Assembly (NCBI GenBank): GCA_030141605.1
Contig: JAQGDQ010000059.1
Coordinates: forward strand, 310,001-374,000
DNA: 64,000 nucleotides
Source: Tubiluchus corallicola
Taxonomy: Eukaryota > Animalia > Priapulida
Direction: 5' to 3'
Below the pieces are notes generated by a model. The model ran no database searches, was not told where the DNA came from, and saw only the letters and a list, made by a program, of their open reading frames with translations. Every line of letters begins with the position of its first letter. The stretch's first letter is position 1. Positions 51,001-64,000 of this stretch are shown one piece after another. Both the position numbers and the translations under genes were made by a program.

Positions 51001-54000
51001 TAATGTAACATTTATCAAAATCAACTTACTGTTATAAGCCAATAATCCCTCAGCTGTAGCTTTGGTAAGATTTTCATTATCATCGGTTAGTAAAACAATC
51101 TGTAGGGGTTTTTTGTTGTTTACGTTAGTGCAACGAAAATGATCCTGGTAATATGCTACTGCCGTTCTAATAGCTCTATCATTTCTGTCATTAGATGATT
51201 CACCTGGTTGACGTTCCACATATGTGTCTCTAGTAGACAAAGCAAACTAAGCACCACATAGGCATGATTTATAAAACTAAAACAAGAAAGGTCCATTAAG
51301 TGAAAGAGTGACTGACATATCATTATGCATCTCTTTGTACTAAACTGAATTTTTTGCACAATAAATAATGAAAATGATGTAGCTACACTGTTCTGATTAA
51401 TGAGTTTTATATAAATAAAAGTTTTACTCATCTTAAATGTGAACGTATTGCAAAATATAGCTTGTAAACATGTGGTAAAAAAAAATTCTGGGTGATACTC
51501 AGTAAATTATCTAGGTCTTACGTACTTGTGAAATTCGTTAACAAATGTATAAAACTTCTTGTCCCTGTTGGCCAAAATGTCCTTCAACCGTTTGTATGCT
51601 GGAGAACTGCGATGACGTACCTGGAATATAAATAATGTACAATTTAAATAGTGAAAAGACTGTATAAAAATAAATTGAGTAAAGTTTTTAAATAATATAC
51701 TGTTCTCATCAGTTACAAAGATTGCTGTTAGCAATTATAAATGTATTATGCAAATTAAAACGAATGCGACATATACAAACTATAATAGTTAAAAGTAAAA
51801 CTACTCAAAAACAATTTAATAAATGTTGAGCATTTTAACTGCATAGCAAATAAAGTAAACTAAATTTTACAACCCGAGACAACAGAATGAGCTAAAATCA
51901 GTTTACATGACACCTGCTTCATAACGTTTTCATATCATGCGGCAGCAGTTTGGATACATATTAAAGCATTCTGATTTGCTGCCCTTTAATTTTTAAGTGA
52001 CTGACAGTTATTATTATGTAAATAGATTTTTTTGGACTCTTACTAAAAGTTGTAGCAGATTGACCAAACTCTATCAAGCATGAAGATATCTTTGGTGCTA
52101 TGTAATTTACTGGTCGAGGGACTCAGCACAGACTCAACAACCCAGAATCAGGATGTTGTACTTGTTGTTGTTGCATTCGTAATGGATCATCCTGAAACTT
52201 TAGGCGAACATAGCAGACCCAATTCTGCATCAAATGATGGAGTCAGACTTTTGACCCATCATTTTGAATTGAAGATGATGTCAATAACATCATTGTCAAA
52301 AAACTCCTAAAGCTCTGCTAATTTGCAATGGATCATCATGAAAGATTATAAGAATATGCTAGAACGAATCCACATCAACCGGCAAAGTCCGATTTTTAAC
52401 CTGCCGTCTTATATAATCGGGATGAGGGTGAAGACATTTTTTGAAAAAAACTTAGTAGTCACCATTTCAAAGTGTATCGTCATGAAAAAACTGCGAGTGA
52501 ATATACTAGAACACTATCCACTATCACGAGTTCAATGAATCCCTCGAGCAAAAGCTTGAGTCAAACTTGTTTTTACCTCTTCTAGTACTGTCTGTAGTAT
52601 CACTACATTGGTTATAGTTTCGTGTTCTAAAACATCGATCTGAAATAATATAAATTGAGACAAAATTAGAAGCATTTATTAAAGCTAAGATAATTATAAG
52701 CAAATTTTGACACTTTTACTATTCAGGCACAACTAAGGAATTTACTCCTATGTAAATGTTCAAATTCTTCGAACGTGTTCATCCTTAAAAATTGCTTGTT
52801 TAAATTGAACTTTGCAAGAACATTGTAAAGTTATGCTGTACACTGAAAGAGCATATACTGTATTCAAAGGGGCGACATGACTAATAAATGGACATTAATT
52901 AAAAACTAAGCTTGATAGTGTTAGTTCACAGGGAACTATCCAGAAGAAAGGGAAGTCTGGAATTCTGCATATTTCAAAATGTCCATTAAACTATAGTCTA
53001 CCAGTCACCTATATCGCTAACTAACAAAAACAACTCTCACAGAAAAGTAATTCAAAGGGTAGGCATGGTACTAGGGCTAAATTAGTTGCAGCTACTAGAT
53101 TACTAGAAAAAAATGTTAATTTACACAGATTTGCAAAAAAGATGCTAACATTAATGGAGTTATTGAGAATTTACATTATAAAGCACAGTAGGTTTATTTG
53201 TTGCCGTCAAGAAAGGAACAAGGATGGTGCAACATCTTGGCATACCTGCAGCCTGCACCGGCTACTCATTCAATACTGATCATATTTAAAAAGTAATTCA
53301 CATCACATGTAATGCCCAAAGAAGACAAAGGAATTACTTTGATTGCTTGCCTGTAAGACTCTAGTATCGATTACTTTGCTAGTAATTGAATATTAAAAGA
53401 TTACATTTGTGTCTATGAATTTATGATAATTTGAAATACAAAGTATGAAAAATGCACTTGAAATAAACTTTTACAAGTAAAAAATTGCAAATGTAAACAC
53501 TAAACAAGCTCAAGCACAAAGCTCGCATAACTCCACTTCAGGCAGTGACTTGCCATGCATGTGTACTACACAGTTTGCTGCTATGCTGCAACAAATTGCA
53601 ATTAGTACTGTACTCTACCAGTCACAATCCACAGGTGAGCTGACATCTGACATCTGACAAACAAACAACTGTGATGCGATATAAAATAATGTAACTGCTG
53701 GTTACACATACTTTTAAAATTATAGAAAATAGGTTTTTTAAGCAAGTGTGACTCAATAATTTTTAATAAAATCTTCTTATTTTTCTAATACAGCAAAAAT
53801 TTGAATTCAGATGCAACTAAGCATTTAAATGTAGATAACTTCAAAACTTTGGGACAAACTAAATTTAAAGGAATTTGTAAAAAATGCCACTATGCCTAGG
53901 TATTCTTCGATTATAAAGCTCTAGGAATTAATAATGTTCCCATTTTCTGGCCCACACACATGCACACACACTCACACTCACACATATATAAGTACATGAA

Positions 54001-54644
54001 CATATTCGCTAAAAATTAATAACACAAGTTCAAATCGTATGTGATTTACACAGGTCTTGTCTTATATCTCTACCAGGTTCGGAACGTGGACTAGCGATCT
54101 CAGTAATAGATTACTGATTAAAAGTAATCGATAATCACGTACCAAATGAGGAGTACTGGCAACCCTAACTAGCCCATATGGGATTCAGACTACTAAATAC
54201 AGCTGAAGAAATACACCACTCAAATTAAATTTGAAAAAATCTGCATATTTAAATCTATGTAACAAACAGTACACAATATAAATGCATGATAAGTTAAAAT
54301 CATCTTTTTCTGTTACACAAAACTTTCTTATCACAAACAGAACCAAGCTACAAGTACAATAAGCACATACTGACATAGTGTAGCACGACAACAGGCAGTA
54401 ATCTCAACAGGTACAGCAAACCCACCTGACGCAGAATTACATTGGTGTCTGGGAGAAGGTAATGAGGTGATGTCACCAAACTACTTTCAGATTGTGGCAG
54501 TTTATCCAATATCTGGTTTTCGCTAGGACAAGTTTTGCAACTAACTGATCCACACGAGATATCATCTCTTAAATAATGCTCACGAACAATTTTTAGTATC
54601 CCACCCTTCTTTGTTTTTCTCACAAAGGTTTTGTACTTCAACAT
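35138..54644 (-). CDS. DIS3: Exosome complex exonuclease RRP44/DIS3, 961 aa, 20 coding exons
   Basis: Exons 54644-54426, 52639-52577, 51620-51526, 51229-51030, 50475-50393, 50211-50044, 48865-48713, 47592-47479, 47238-47101, 43323-43177, 42639-42548, 42101-41825, 41297-41170, 40833-40747, 40495-40339, 39375-39155, 38920-38752, 37303-37154, 36784-36662, 35239-35138 (2886 nt). Motifs: [14 protein letters not shown]3 cysteines, [61 protein letters not shown]1 domain, basic C-terminus. Confidence 0.97.
36280..36573. mobile_element. Remnant ends of Tc1/mariner-type MITEs
   Basis: Two TA-CAGT termini on the minus strand (TACAGTCAAACCTCTTTATAA ending at 36355; TACAGTACACCATCATTATA ending at 36573). 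Partner TIRs not clearly found. Confidence 0.35.
44296..44437 (-). ncRNA. RNU4: U4 spliceosomal snRNA, in DIS3 intron 9 in the same orientation
   Basis: Reverse complement reads AGCUUUGCGCAGUGGCAGUAUCCUAGCCAGUGAGGUUUAUCCGAGGCGGGAUUAUUGCUAGUUGAAAACUUUUCCCAAUACCCCG..., matching metazoan U4 (U6-pairing stems II and I, kink-turn 5' stem-loop). It is followed by a GAAA-capped 3' stem, Sm site AAUUUUU and terminal hairpin GCUCU-UACG-GGAGC; about 142 nt. Confidence 0.97.
44486..44541 (-). promoter_or_regulatory. Candidate snRNA proximal sequence element, present twice
   Basis: TAACACACCACAAAC occurs exactly at -49..-63 and -90..-104 from the U4 5' end. The first position is where metazoan PSEs lie. 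Confidence 0.5.
44977..45072. repeat. (TA)n microsatellite with duplicated TTTGCCTTACATTT spacer
   Basis: Directly visible. Confidence 0.95.
52080..52540 (+). mobile_element. Possible decayed GIY-YIG (Penelope-like) retroelement fragment
   Basis: Coding-like composition within DIS3 intron 2. Broken frames give [18 protein letters not shown] and YNRDEG, reminiscent of the GIY-YIG C-terminal E-x-x-HI...P-x-LN(RDEG) pattern. Confidence 0.3.
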
Positions 54645-55013
54645 TACTTTAAAATAAACAAAACCACTACATGGACGTTAATTTTTGGCAATCAAGAAAC
54701 GATATAATTTAAATGTTAATTGAGAAGCAGAAGCATACTGGGTTTAAGCGTGTTAATTTATTGTGTTGGATCTGTTGCGTAGAAATTGCATTAAATTGGT
54801 AAATGTTTAGCTCTGTCCTCTAGTGTGTGAATTTTTTAACTAAAGTTTAACAACTTCTTTTTGTTAACTTTTGTTAACAGCATATTTTTATTGTTATTGT
54901 TTCATTGAAATGAGTGTTTTATTTGTTCGGATTAATTAAGGCACACAAAATAAAAGAAAAAAAGTTGCTTTGTAAAATCACTAATTTGAAAGTAAATGCG
55001 CTTTTGTTTAATT
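54645..55013. promoter_or_regulatory. Compact bidirectional promoter region shared by DIS3 and ICMT
   Basis: The divergent start codons are separated by only 369 bp. Confidence 0.75.
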
Positions 55014-58000
55014 ATGGTGCTAACTGTGTTGGTGAGAGTCAGTGTATCGTCTTTTTTTCTTGGTTGTATTCCAATTTTTGTTCTACTATTATGTAATATC
55101 AGCTCACCAGTTTTGTATGTCGTTAAAGATTATTGGGAAATTATATTTGTCGCGTACTTTTGCGTTTTAAATATTATATTATTAATTGTTTTCAAAGGTC
55201 TAAACTATCAGGTAATTTTAAAATGTATTTTCGTGGTTTGGTGTTAAGTTTATCAAGTTAAAGGCTCTGCTTTGCTCTCAGCTTTGTGAATGTCATGCCA
55301 GCATAAAATTTCATGCAGTTCAAAAATTATTTACACTAGTGTAGTAATAAAAAGAGGCAGAAAAATCAGTGAATACCGAAGCAAAATTTTGCCTGTCTTA
55401 TATAATAATAGTTGATACATTTATTTTAGGCAGTGACTAAAGGTGCGGATCCGTATAGGGACTACAGCAACTAAAATTACGGATTCGTGCCTTGAAAGCA
55501 TTCACTAGAAAATACGGATCGATCCGTACCGCGAAAGATATTAACGAGAAAATACGGATCGCCGTACGGCCCAAGATATTGACGAGAAACTATTACGGAT
55601 CGCCGTCAGAGATGAGCGGATATCACTTTTTTTGTTTACCCGCAGCGGCAAATTTCTGCAACAATAAATATCCGCATCCCAAAATCTGCAAATTGAGTGA
55701 CATTGAATATCCTCATATTTGCAATAACTACAAAAATGTGGGCAACAAATTAACTGGGCTTGGTATGTGTCCCCTATTGTTGAAAACCATTTCTTAATGT
55801 TAAGCTAGGAGATATAATCGCGAATCAATGCTATCCAGACCCCAATTTTGCTTTTAAACCTTCAACGACAACTTACACAGCACGATGTACATAGTACATC
55901 GCTCGACCATATCATGCTCTTCACACTTCAGACCATAATATATATATATTATGCCTGTTGCCAAAATTTATGCTGTGAATATCATGAGTGTGCGGTGGAA
56001 TGGCAGCATATTTTTTAAACAGCCGAAAATCTAGTTAAAATATCGGAAACACCGTCTGATTGTGTTGAATAAGACATTAAAATTAGTAAAAGAAGAAAAT
56101 TTAGTCTTAAAGCAGACTGACTATTTCGGTGAGACTGCTCAAATTTTTCGCTGATGCTTACTCTATTTTATTATAATGAGTGAACATTTTAATGACAAAT
56201 AAAGAATTAATATATAAGTCTTTCGGTTAACTATTACAGTTGTCCCTTTCAGGTTGCAATTCGTGCTGCTGGACTTGGTATTGTGTTTACACTTGGTATA
56301 ACATTGAGTTGGTATGGAACTATATGGCGGTTTTTTGGATGGTACATGACAGTGTTGAGCTTTTTCCATTTTTCCGAGTATTTTGTCACAGCATGCATCA
56401 ACCCACATAATGTGAATCTTGACTCATTTTTGCTCAATCATAGCATTGAATATGGGGTAGCCGTTGCTGCTGGCCTAGTGGAATTTATGTTAGAGTTGTT
56501 CTTTTTGCCAGGTAATAATAACTATTTGTTTTACTCTTAATGTATGCATGCAACAGATATTCAAAGTTTAGAAGCTGTCTGCTATGTCTAAAGTCTACTA
56601 AACCTTTATATAAGTTTTTACAGTGAGAAAGGTATTAGATTTATTTTACTAGAAACTTACTGTAAAACTTGTTTCGTTTGATTTTTTGGTTGCTCTTTAT
56701 TTCATTGCTGACCATCGCAAATTTCAACAACTGCCATTTTTTCATTGCACAAGATGATTTGTCATAATCTGTGAACTAACAAGAGTGTATTTGCATAAAT
56801 CTCTCGATGTTTGTACTTCAAGTGATCAAATAGGTTTCTTGTTGAAGTGCATGATTTGCATGCTGTACTGACTTTTTTCTGACACTGTCTATGGTCGTGT
56901 TGGTAAAAATCTTTCCAGTAACCAGATCTTGTATTAAACTGATTTCCAAATGCAGCTTCAAGCACAAAATTGTTTAAAAATGGCATAACTCAAATTCCGC
57001 TGGCTCATTTTTGCAAGATACTGTGCAGAACGCTCAAAATTCATCCACGTCTGCTTACGGATGACATTGATCGAGAAAGTGACACAATATGTAGCTTTGT
57101 TGTACCCATTTTGCAAGGTGGGTTGGATTGGATGTTTCTAGTGCAGAGCAGTTGTTAGGTGATAAATTGATAATTATAATAATCGATTCTATAACACACA
57201 CATGAAACTCTGAGTTTATTTTCAAACTACATAGCTGCTTTGGAAATCTTCGTAAAGTTTAGATTAAAAATTATTCAACATGAATAAAATGTTGAATGCC
57301 CTTTATAGTTTCACAGTTTATCTATTTCTTTCAGGAGCATTTGCCTTAATGGTTATCAATGGCTGAAAAATACAGATAAAATATTGAAACATTATGTACC
57401 TGTATGAATAAAGAAAATTAAAAGCAAAAATAGTAATAGCTCACCATCATTGTCACTATCATTTTTTAATGAGACAGGATTAGTTTGACTTCCAAACCAG
57501 GACTGAAAACTGTAGCTCCCCCAAGAGAATTCACAGTACCTTAGCTAACTCATTTGAGAATGCACTTGATCTCTGTTTTGAAGTGCTACATTATTTTTCT
57601 ATTTGTGTCTGTTTTCTGTCTGTTTGTGTTATGTCTATTTACGTGTGTATATAATTATATGTATATATGTTCAATCAAATGTGATTTCTAGCTAGTTTCA
57701 TTTCTAAGTGCCTGGAAATTTCTGGACACAAAGGCCTTTTGACAACTTGGCCAAGCAACAACCTGAAAGCATCATCATATTAGGCGCTTCCATTATGCAA
57801 CTCAGCACCACTCGTGATTTAGTGTCAATGTCATCTTCCCTGATCTGCTGCCACATGTCAAGTATCTACGTTGCTTAAGTCAAGTGAAGTATTTTATAAG
57901 TCTTTCTTCACAGCATCTAACTATATAATCAGCTGTCCTCCTTTTGGCTTCTTCCAACATTTTAGTGCTTGATGCTATGCTGTAGTAAATGGACAATCCT

Positions 58001-60851
58001 GAGGTAATCTAATGACATGTCCGATTTATATGTGTATGACTTCATACACTTCTGTACGACCCCAGTCACTTTCTTTCTTGTTTATTAAATGATGTAGATT
58101 CTGGTTTGAGATTTTGTTTGCCCATTTTATACCCAAGATCTTTCTGTACAGATGCTTTTGAATGGTGTCAATTTCATTTTTTTTGAGGAACTTTGACTGA
58201 TACAATCTCTCAACTATATTATACTCTACTACAATATACATCTTACTGTGTTTTGTACTGTGTTTTCTTCTGCTGGTGGTGCAAGCCTGTACTTTGTTTT
58301 CTTCTGTTAATGATGCCAGCAACTAACTGATGAAACGTACATCATTTTCTTATAGGACCTACATCTTGCAGCCTTTTGTTTTTTATGAAAAGAACGTTTT
58401 GTATAATTTTTGCAATGGTGATGCACTTAGAACATTTTTGCATTTATATAAGTGATGTTGATGATGCAAAGTATGAGCTTAAAAGTGATAAATTTGTTTC
58501 TTTTCCCTATTAGGAATGAAGCAGCTGGTTTACATCAGCAGTTTTGGCCTAGTATCTGTGATATTTGGTGATGCCCTGAGAAAGACAGCTATGTTTACTG
58601 CACGCTCTAATTTCAATCACATTATACAGGTTAGAAGCCATTTTCATTTAAAATAGCCCTGAGTATAAATTAACTTAATATAATATACTATATAATATAT
58701 TAACTGAGTATAATATACTTAAGTTTGCCTATTTATTGTTGCTATAATTATATTGATGTTTGTCTGTTGGAGTTGGCAACATCTTCACTTGATTGGAAAA
58801 TCTATGTAAAACTGCAGTTTTTGTTCACATGTGACTTGTGAACAATTGCACCATAGTTTTGAGAATATAGGCCTTGACAATAGAGGATGCTTAGAACAGC
58901 ATTCTCTCTTGGTTAGTGTACCAGGAAAGAATCAAATAAAGCAAACAAATACTACAATATAGTGGCTACAATCGTGCACAGTTTTGATTGACAATCGTGC
59001 ACAATGTGATTGATTGATCCAAAACTTTATTTCAAACATGTATTCTAAACAATTGTATTTGCCACTATGAGTGTGTAGCTGCAACATGAACTTTTCTAAT
59101 TTTTCTCACACACTTCCAGTCTGATTAATTTGAATTATTTGTTTTTAGTCACCTACACAATTAATAATACAAAAATCTTGATACTGTTGGAGCAGTTCCT
59201 AGGCTGCCTGTCTGTTACCTTATTTGAATTAATGCATCATCAATTTTCCTGATAATGTTAGATTAATATCCATATTATTTTATTCTGTAGAAGATAACCT
59301 TTTCTTTGAAATTAGTTGCCCTCCTCAGTATGGCAAGTCCTCTTTAGGTCTATCAATTAAGAGATTGTAAATGATCAGCAGTAGTCACCCCTCAGCTGTA
59401 AAAGTTGGATAAACTGATAATAAGAACTATGACTCTTGCTTAGGAAGAAGAATTTAAAGTGTCATAATTTTTACATAGTGAAAATAGCACTTTTGTTATG
59501 TATTTTTGATGGTTCTGGTGGCACCCAGATTCTTGGATGGCCTAACAATATTCATTGTGCGTAGATCATTCTTGTAATTGCACTGCCTGATAATAGCACT
59601 TTAAATATATATAAAGTCCACGTACACACACAAATATATACATACATACACATATATATACATACATACACACAAATATATACATATATGTGTGTGTATG
59701 TATGTATATCAATATATAGATTTATATAAATATGTGGCTAGACGTAGAATTACACACACACACACACACACGTATATATCTGTATATATATATATATATT
59801 GCCATCTAGCCACGCATTTATAGAAATCCATTGTAGAATACATGTGAGATTTATATTCTTTCTTATTAATTTGCATTTGGTTCAAGTATTGGCACAAAAG
59901 TCTCACTTTTCTGGAATTAGTCCAGAATTGGTTCAGTTTTAGCTCTTTGAACACAGAGCATATTGCTTTATTTATATGTTTCCAAGATTTTCTATGCTGC
60001 AGTTGCACGTTGCTTTATTTATATCTGTGCCAAACATTTTCAGACAGATATGAATATACCAGCATGCAGTTGCATTCAAAGAACTAAAAGAAAGGGAACA
60101 TAGAACTGGTTAGCAAGCTGAAGACAAGTGTAACAAATAGTGCATCAGAACTATAAATATAAAGCACAGCTGCTATTTGCATTGCAGTTTTATAAAGACA
60201 AAGACCATGTTCTTGTAACTCATGGTGTTTATGGTTATGTTAGACATCCGTCCTACCTTGGCTGGTTTATTTGGACAGTAGGTACTCAGGTGAGTATTAA
60301 TAATACTTTAAATAACTACACCGATTAGTTGTTTTTTCAAATCTGCAATGGTAATCTTAGGTGCATATGTGCTGCTTTTAAACAGTTTTTACTTGTTTTT
60401 GTGTTCTTGTATTTATAAACTTCTTGTCTGAAATCCACTCAATCCCTCTTTTGCAGGGTAAGTATCTGCAAAATAATTTGTGATCTAGATTCAAAACACT
60501 AGATACTTGTCCTAGCAACCACATCTGAAAATGGTAGTGTTAAACAGTAACATTATTAATAAAAGTATGGTGACTGCTGGTTTTAAATTTATCTTGTATT
60601 CACACTGTATTATATTCTTTGACATTATGAATGCAGCTCTTAATTTCAATGAACATGCTTGCTTTTAGATCATTTTGTGCAACCCCATATGCCTGGTTGG
60701 CTATACGATAGCAGCGTGGAAATTTTTCCGCGAAAGAGTGATAGAAGAGGAAATAACGTTACTCAATTTTTTTGGAGAAGATTACATTGATTACCAGAGA
60801 CGAGTTCCAACTGGTCTACCATTCATTTATGGCTATCGATTAGAGCTTTGA
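55014..60851 (+). CDS. ICMT: Protein-S-isoprenylcysteine O-methyltransferase, 285 aa, 5 exons
   Basis: Exons 55014-55211, 56253-56511, 58514-58629, 60188-60289, 60669-60851 (858 nt). Motifs: FFHFSEY, SFLLNHS, LRKTAMFTA.SNFNH, HVLVTHGVYGYVRHPSYLGWF, LCNPIC, EEEITLLNFFGEDY, PTGLPFI. An in-frame upstream ATG exists at 54996. Confidence 0.96.
55431..55730. mobile_element. CpG-rich patch of iterated TACGGATC/GCGGATAT motifs, probable subterminal region(s) of non-autonomous DNA transposon(s)
   Basis: Several TACGGAT copies and GCGGATATC/ATATCCGCA inverted motifs in ICMT intron 1. No TIR pair or TSD resolved. Confidence 0.4.
56762..56986 (-). mobile_element. Degenerate BED zinc-finger fragment, probably from a hAT transposase
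   Basis: RSGYWKDF...QCQKKVST...STRNLFDHLKYKH fits the BED pattern W-x-x-F...C..C...NL..HL...H with the first Cys lost. Lies in ICMT intron 2. Confidence 0.55.
57768..58260 (-). mobile_element. 3' fragment of an RTE-like non-LTR retrotransposon
   Basis: LYRKILGIKWANKISNQNL and downstream KKPKGG match the post-RT region of RTE LINEs. Frames are broken; short (TGA)n tail at about 57770. Confidence 0.65.
59620..59800. repeat. Mixed (CA)/(TA)/(CATA)n low-complexity tract
   Basis: Directly visible. Confidence 0.9.
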
Positions 60852-63800
60852 AGAAGTCTCCTTTCACTCAAGTCTTTCCAATTTGGTGATGTAATATTGC
60901 AAGTAAAAATGTGTTTTATTTAGAATCTTTGCTAGCACTCATTGTTGATGCATAAAAGCAAATGTGTCTGTATAAATTCACATAACTACATAAAATTTTG
61001 ATATCATTGCTCTATTATTTTCAGCTGCACGTTCTGTGCTAACAAAAAATAAAAACATGTCAATTTTTACAGATTAAAACAATAGTTAACTAAAAGGCTA
61101 TCTGGTACTGTTCAGCATGGGCGGTAAGAGACTCATAAAACTTTTCATAAAAGCAGCTCCATTATATCTATTTAACACTGGTATAAATACCTATCAAATT
61201 TTATTAGTCATAATGTAAATACAATTTAAGCAACTAGTATCTGGTTCAAACTTTTGTGCATAGTGTGCCAGGCGCGGTATATACAGCATGTGCTGTAATT
61301 GTTATGTAGCACTTACTAGTCGTGCCACTCCTGGATACTTTTGAGAGTACATATGGAAATACACTAAACATTTTTTTGTTTATTTTTGGTAAAAGCTAAG
61401 AATTAAAGTATCAGAAAAAAACTTAAAGGAGAGGTTGAATATTTTGTTGAGGGTTTTGCACTACTATACTTTATAAAGTGCACGTACATCGATTTTGGCC
61501 TGTAGAAGTCACATTATCCCGCGGCTTTTTGGCTAATGAAACCATCAAATAATTCTTGATGTGATTTTTACATTTCAGAATAGGTTTTTTAGTATGTTGT
61601 TTTTTGTAATTGAAATTTTGATTGCAGTTGTGTGTCGTTGCTGCCCAGAAGTGTAACAGTTCAGCTAATATGTGCTCGGAGTGCCAAGCTAAGTGTCTTA
61701 ACATGCCCTTAACATGCTATGTTAAGAGGATTTTCAAGATAATTGACAATTTCAAGGTTTGGTGTTAGTTGAATTAGAATTGCAATCTTAACATACGAGC
61801 TTTAATCAATGTAAAGTCTTAGTTGTGAATTTCATAAGCTCGACCTTTTATTGGTTCAGTTTAGACATAGTATAATAATTTAAAACTGTGTACAGTATGT
61901 ACCAAAATGTGAATATATTTATTGTAAACTTTAAAGGGGTTTTAAATAACCCTTTAAAAAATTCTAGGAAGTTTACTATGTTAAAATGTACATACATGAT
62001 AAATTGTTATCAGTAAAATCATTTATATTGTGATTTTAGTTGATAGGCAGTTGTGTTGTAAGCTTGTACTAACTTATAAGCAATAAATCTTCTTGGTACT
62101 GTGGTTTGTATTTAAATGTTAACTGCACATACTATGTTGAATGTGGCATTAGTTTCACGTATCAGGCTAACATTAACAGGAAAAATGTAAAATTTAATGG
62201 TGTACAACTTACCATTTGCTATTGTGATAACTTTGCTGTGTTTCGACTGTCAGCTCTGAGATATTTCATCCTCTTGAATGTAAAATATCGTTCTTAGGAA
62301 AATACTCCAGGTTTATTTATAATGTGGCAGCTTGTTATGACTGGAGTTGAACAACACATGCAAAATAATTGATACTTTGTTTGGGTAGTCAATATGTTAT
62401 GGTTGCATGTGTATCATGTAAATGTAATTTATATTTTGCATGAATTGTTCCTAAAAATATTCTTGCACTGTACTTTTTGGAAAAATACTTGAACACCATA
62501 CAGGATGATAAGCCATTTTTGAAGTAAAATATGCAATGATGTGAACAAGAATATAGTTACTCATTACAGCTGCTCAAATTTTACTAAAACATGGTCTGTG
62601 ACCCATGGAGATTGATCATTAGTATTGTTATAATAAAACAGGAAATTACAGAAATCCAACTCGTTTCTTTTCGTCGTAATTTTTCTTGAGCCTGCATTAA
62701 TAGTAGTTTTTGGCATGTTGACCTTGCATTGAATCTATACATGTATTAGCATTCTCTGTAAAAGGTAGGTTAAGATAAATGTGGCATCATCTAATGGGAT
62801 GCACTTGATAAGTTGCTGTCGATTGGACGCTTGTCAACCATTATACTGTTTGTCACTATAAAGTTATCCTTAATATGGTTGATAATCATACCATGTGATT
62901 CATCACAAAATGACCACACAGCACCTTCCCTGTAAATGAAGAATACCCATTAGAATTAACACTGTTATGGCTTGCATGAAAACTAGTTAGTTTTTTAAAG
63001 AGTTGATTGTGTAATTTAAATGTGCACGCCAATTGGTAAGATGATGGCACTGACTCATTTTCCTAGTGTGCAGCATTTTGACTCACCAAGGCTATTTAAA
63101 TTATTAATGAGATACAGTAATTTATACTTTTGTTTAGTTAGTGAAATGTGTGCTAGGAATGCTCTAATTATTTTTGTTCAAACGTTACATAGTGTTATTT
63201 AAAGTTGTTTCAGATAACTTACCGTTAAAGTGGCTGTGCCTAACGGCAGTCGCAGGAGTTTAAATTTTCAAGTTTTATACAGCATGTAAATGATATAAAA
63301 TTTCAAGATGAATTTTTAAGCTTTATTTATGAAGAGTATCTTCTTGTGATTTAATGCTTATCATAGCATTAATAATATCACAGTGTCTTATTAATAAGTA
63401 TAATGAAGTAAGTCTCACTTTCCATTATATAAAAAAATCTTAGTTTATTGCATGCCACAGTGGCTTATACATCACATAATTTCACTTCCTTATCATTAAA
63501 TAATCCCCTTAATACATGTATGTGCTGTAGCTTATGCTAAAAGAAAAATTGCAAACAAACATAACATCTTAATATCAGTACAATTAGTAACTAATCAGCT
63601 GGTCGCTCTTCATAATCACATAATCCAGCCAAATATGCTAATCATTGTTTTTATTTATTTTATTGTTCTCTACAGCATTTTTGCAGTACCAGATGGAAGG
63701 TCGACATCTGTTATTAATTTTGTCCTTTATACTTCGTTTAAAAGCATAAATTACATAAGTTAGTTAATTGCCAAATTTAAAAACCGACTCATCGAGTCTA

Positions 63801-64000
63801 CACTTGCTTTCTTTTTGACGAAAAAAATCTAAACTGATATACAATCCTGGACACTTGTTGTCATTTAACTTTGAGCTATTCTCTTATTATTAGACTTATG
63901 CAAAAATTGCACCATTAGCATTTCATAATCAACTTTTCCTGTTTGTAAAAAATGATAAATTTGAAATTATAGTTTACAGTATCACATCATTATAGAGAAC

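Noticed and set aside
63660-63720. Acceptor-like TTCTCTACAG near the right edge
   Set aside because: No convincing donor or ORF to support an exon.

Overview
AT-rich, intron-rich animal (invertebrate-like; taxon not determinable here) genomic DNA, not prokaryotic. Most entries in the ORF track are spurious or are exon fragments. By reading GT-AG boundaries and keeping frame I assembled four complete genes. (1) An uncharacterised 22-exon, 890-aa protein on the minus strand (7502-23379): putative calycin/lipocalin-like N-terminus, BTB, helical region, BTB-BACK and a UBA-like C-terminus. (2) A five-repeat beta-thymosin/WH2 gene on the plus strand (CDS 29093-33457). (3) DIS3/RRP44, 20 exons, minus strand (35138-54644). 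(4) ICMT, 5 exons, plus strand (55014-60851), head-to-head with DIS3. The first coding exon of a fifth gene runs off the left edge. An apparently intact U4 snRNA gene lies sense-oriented in DIS3 intron 9, followed by a strong cryptic 3' splice site leading into a stop codon. Introns carry pogo/Tigger and hAT non-autonomous elements, LINE remnants, hairpins, microsatellites and an exact 127-bp duplication of an exon end. All models are by-eye and unconfirmed by transcript data.
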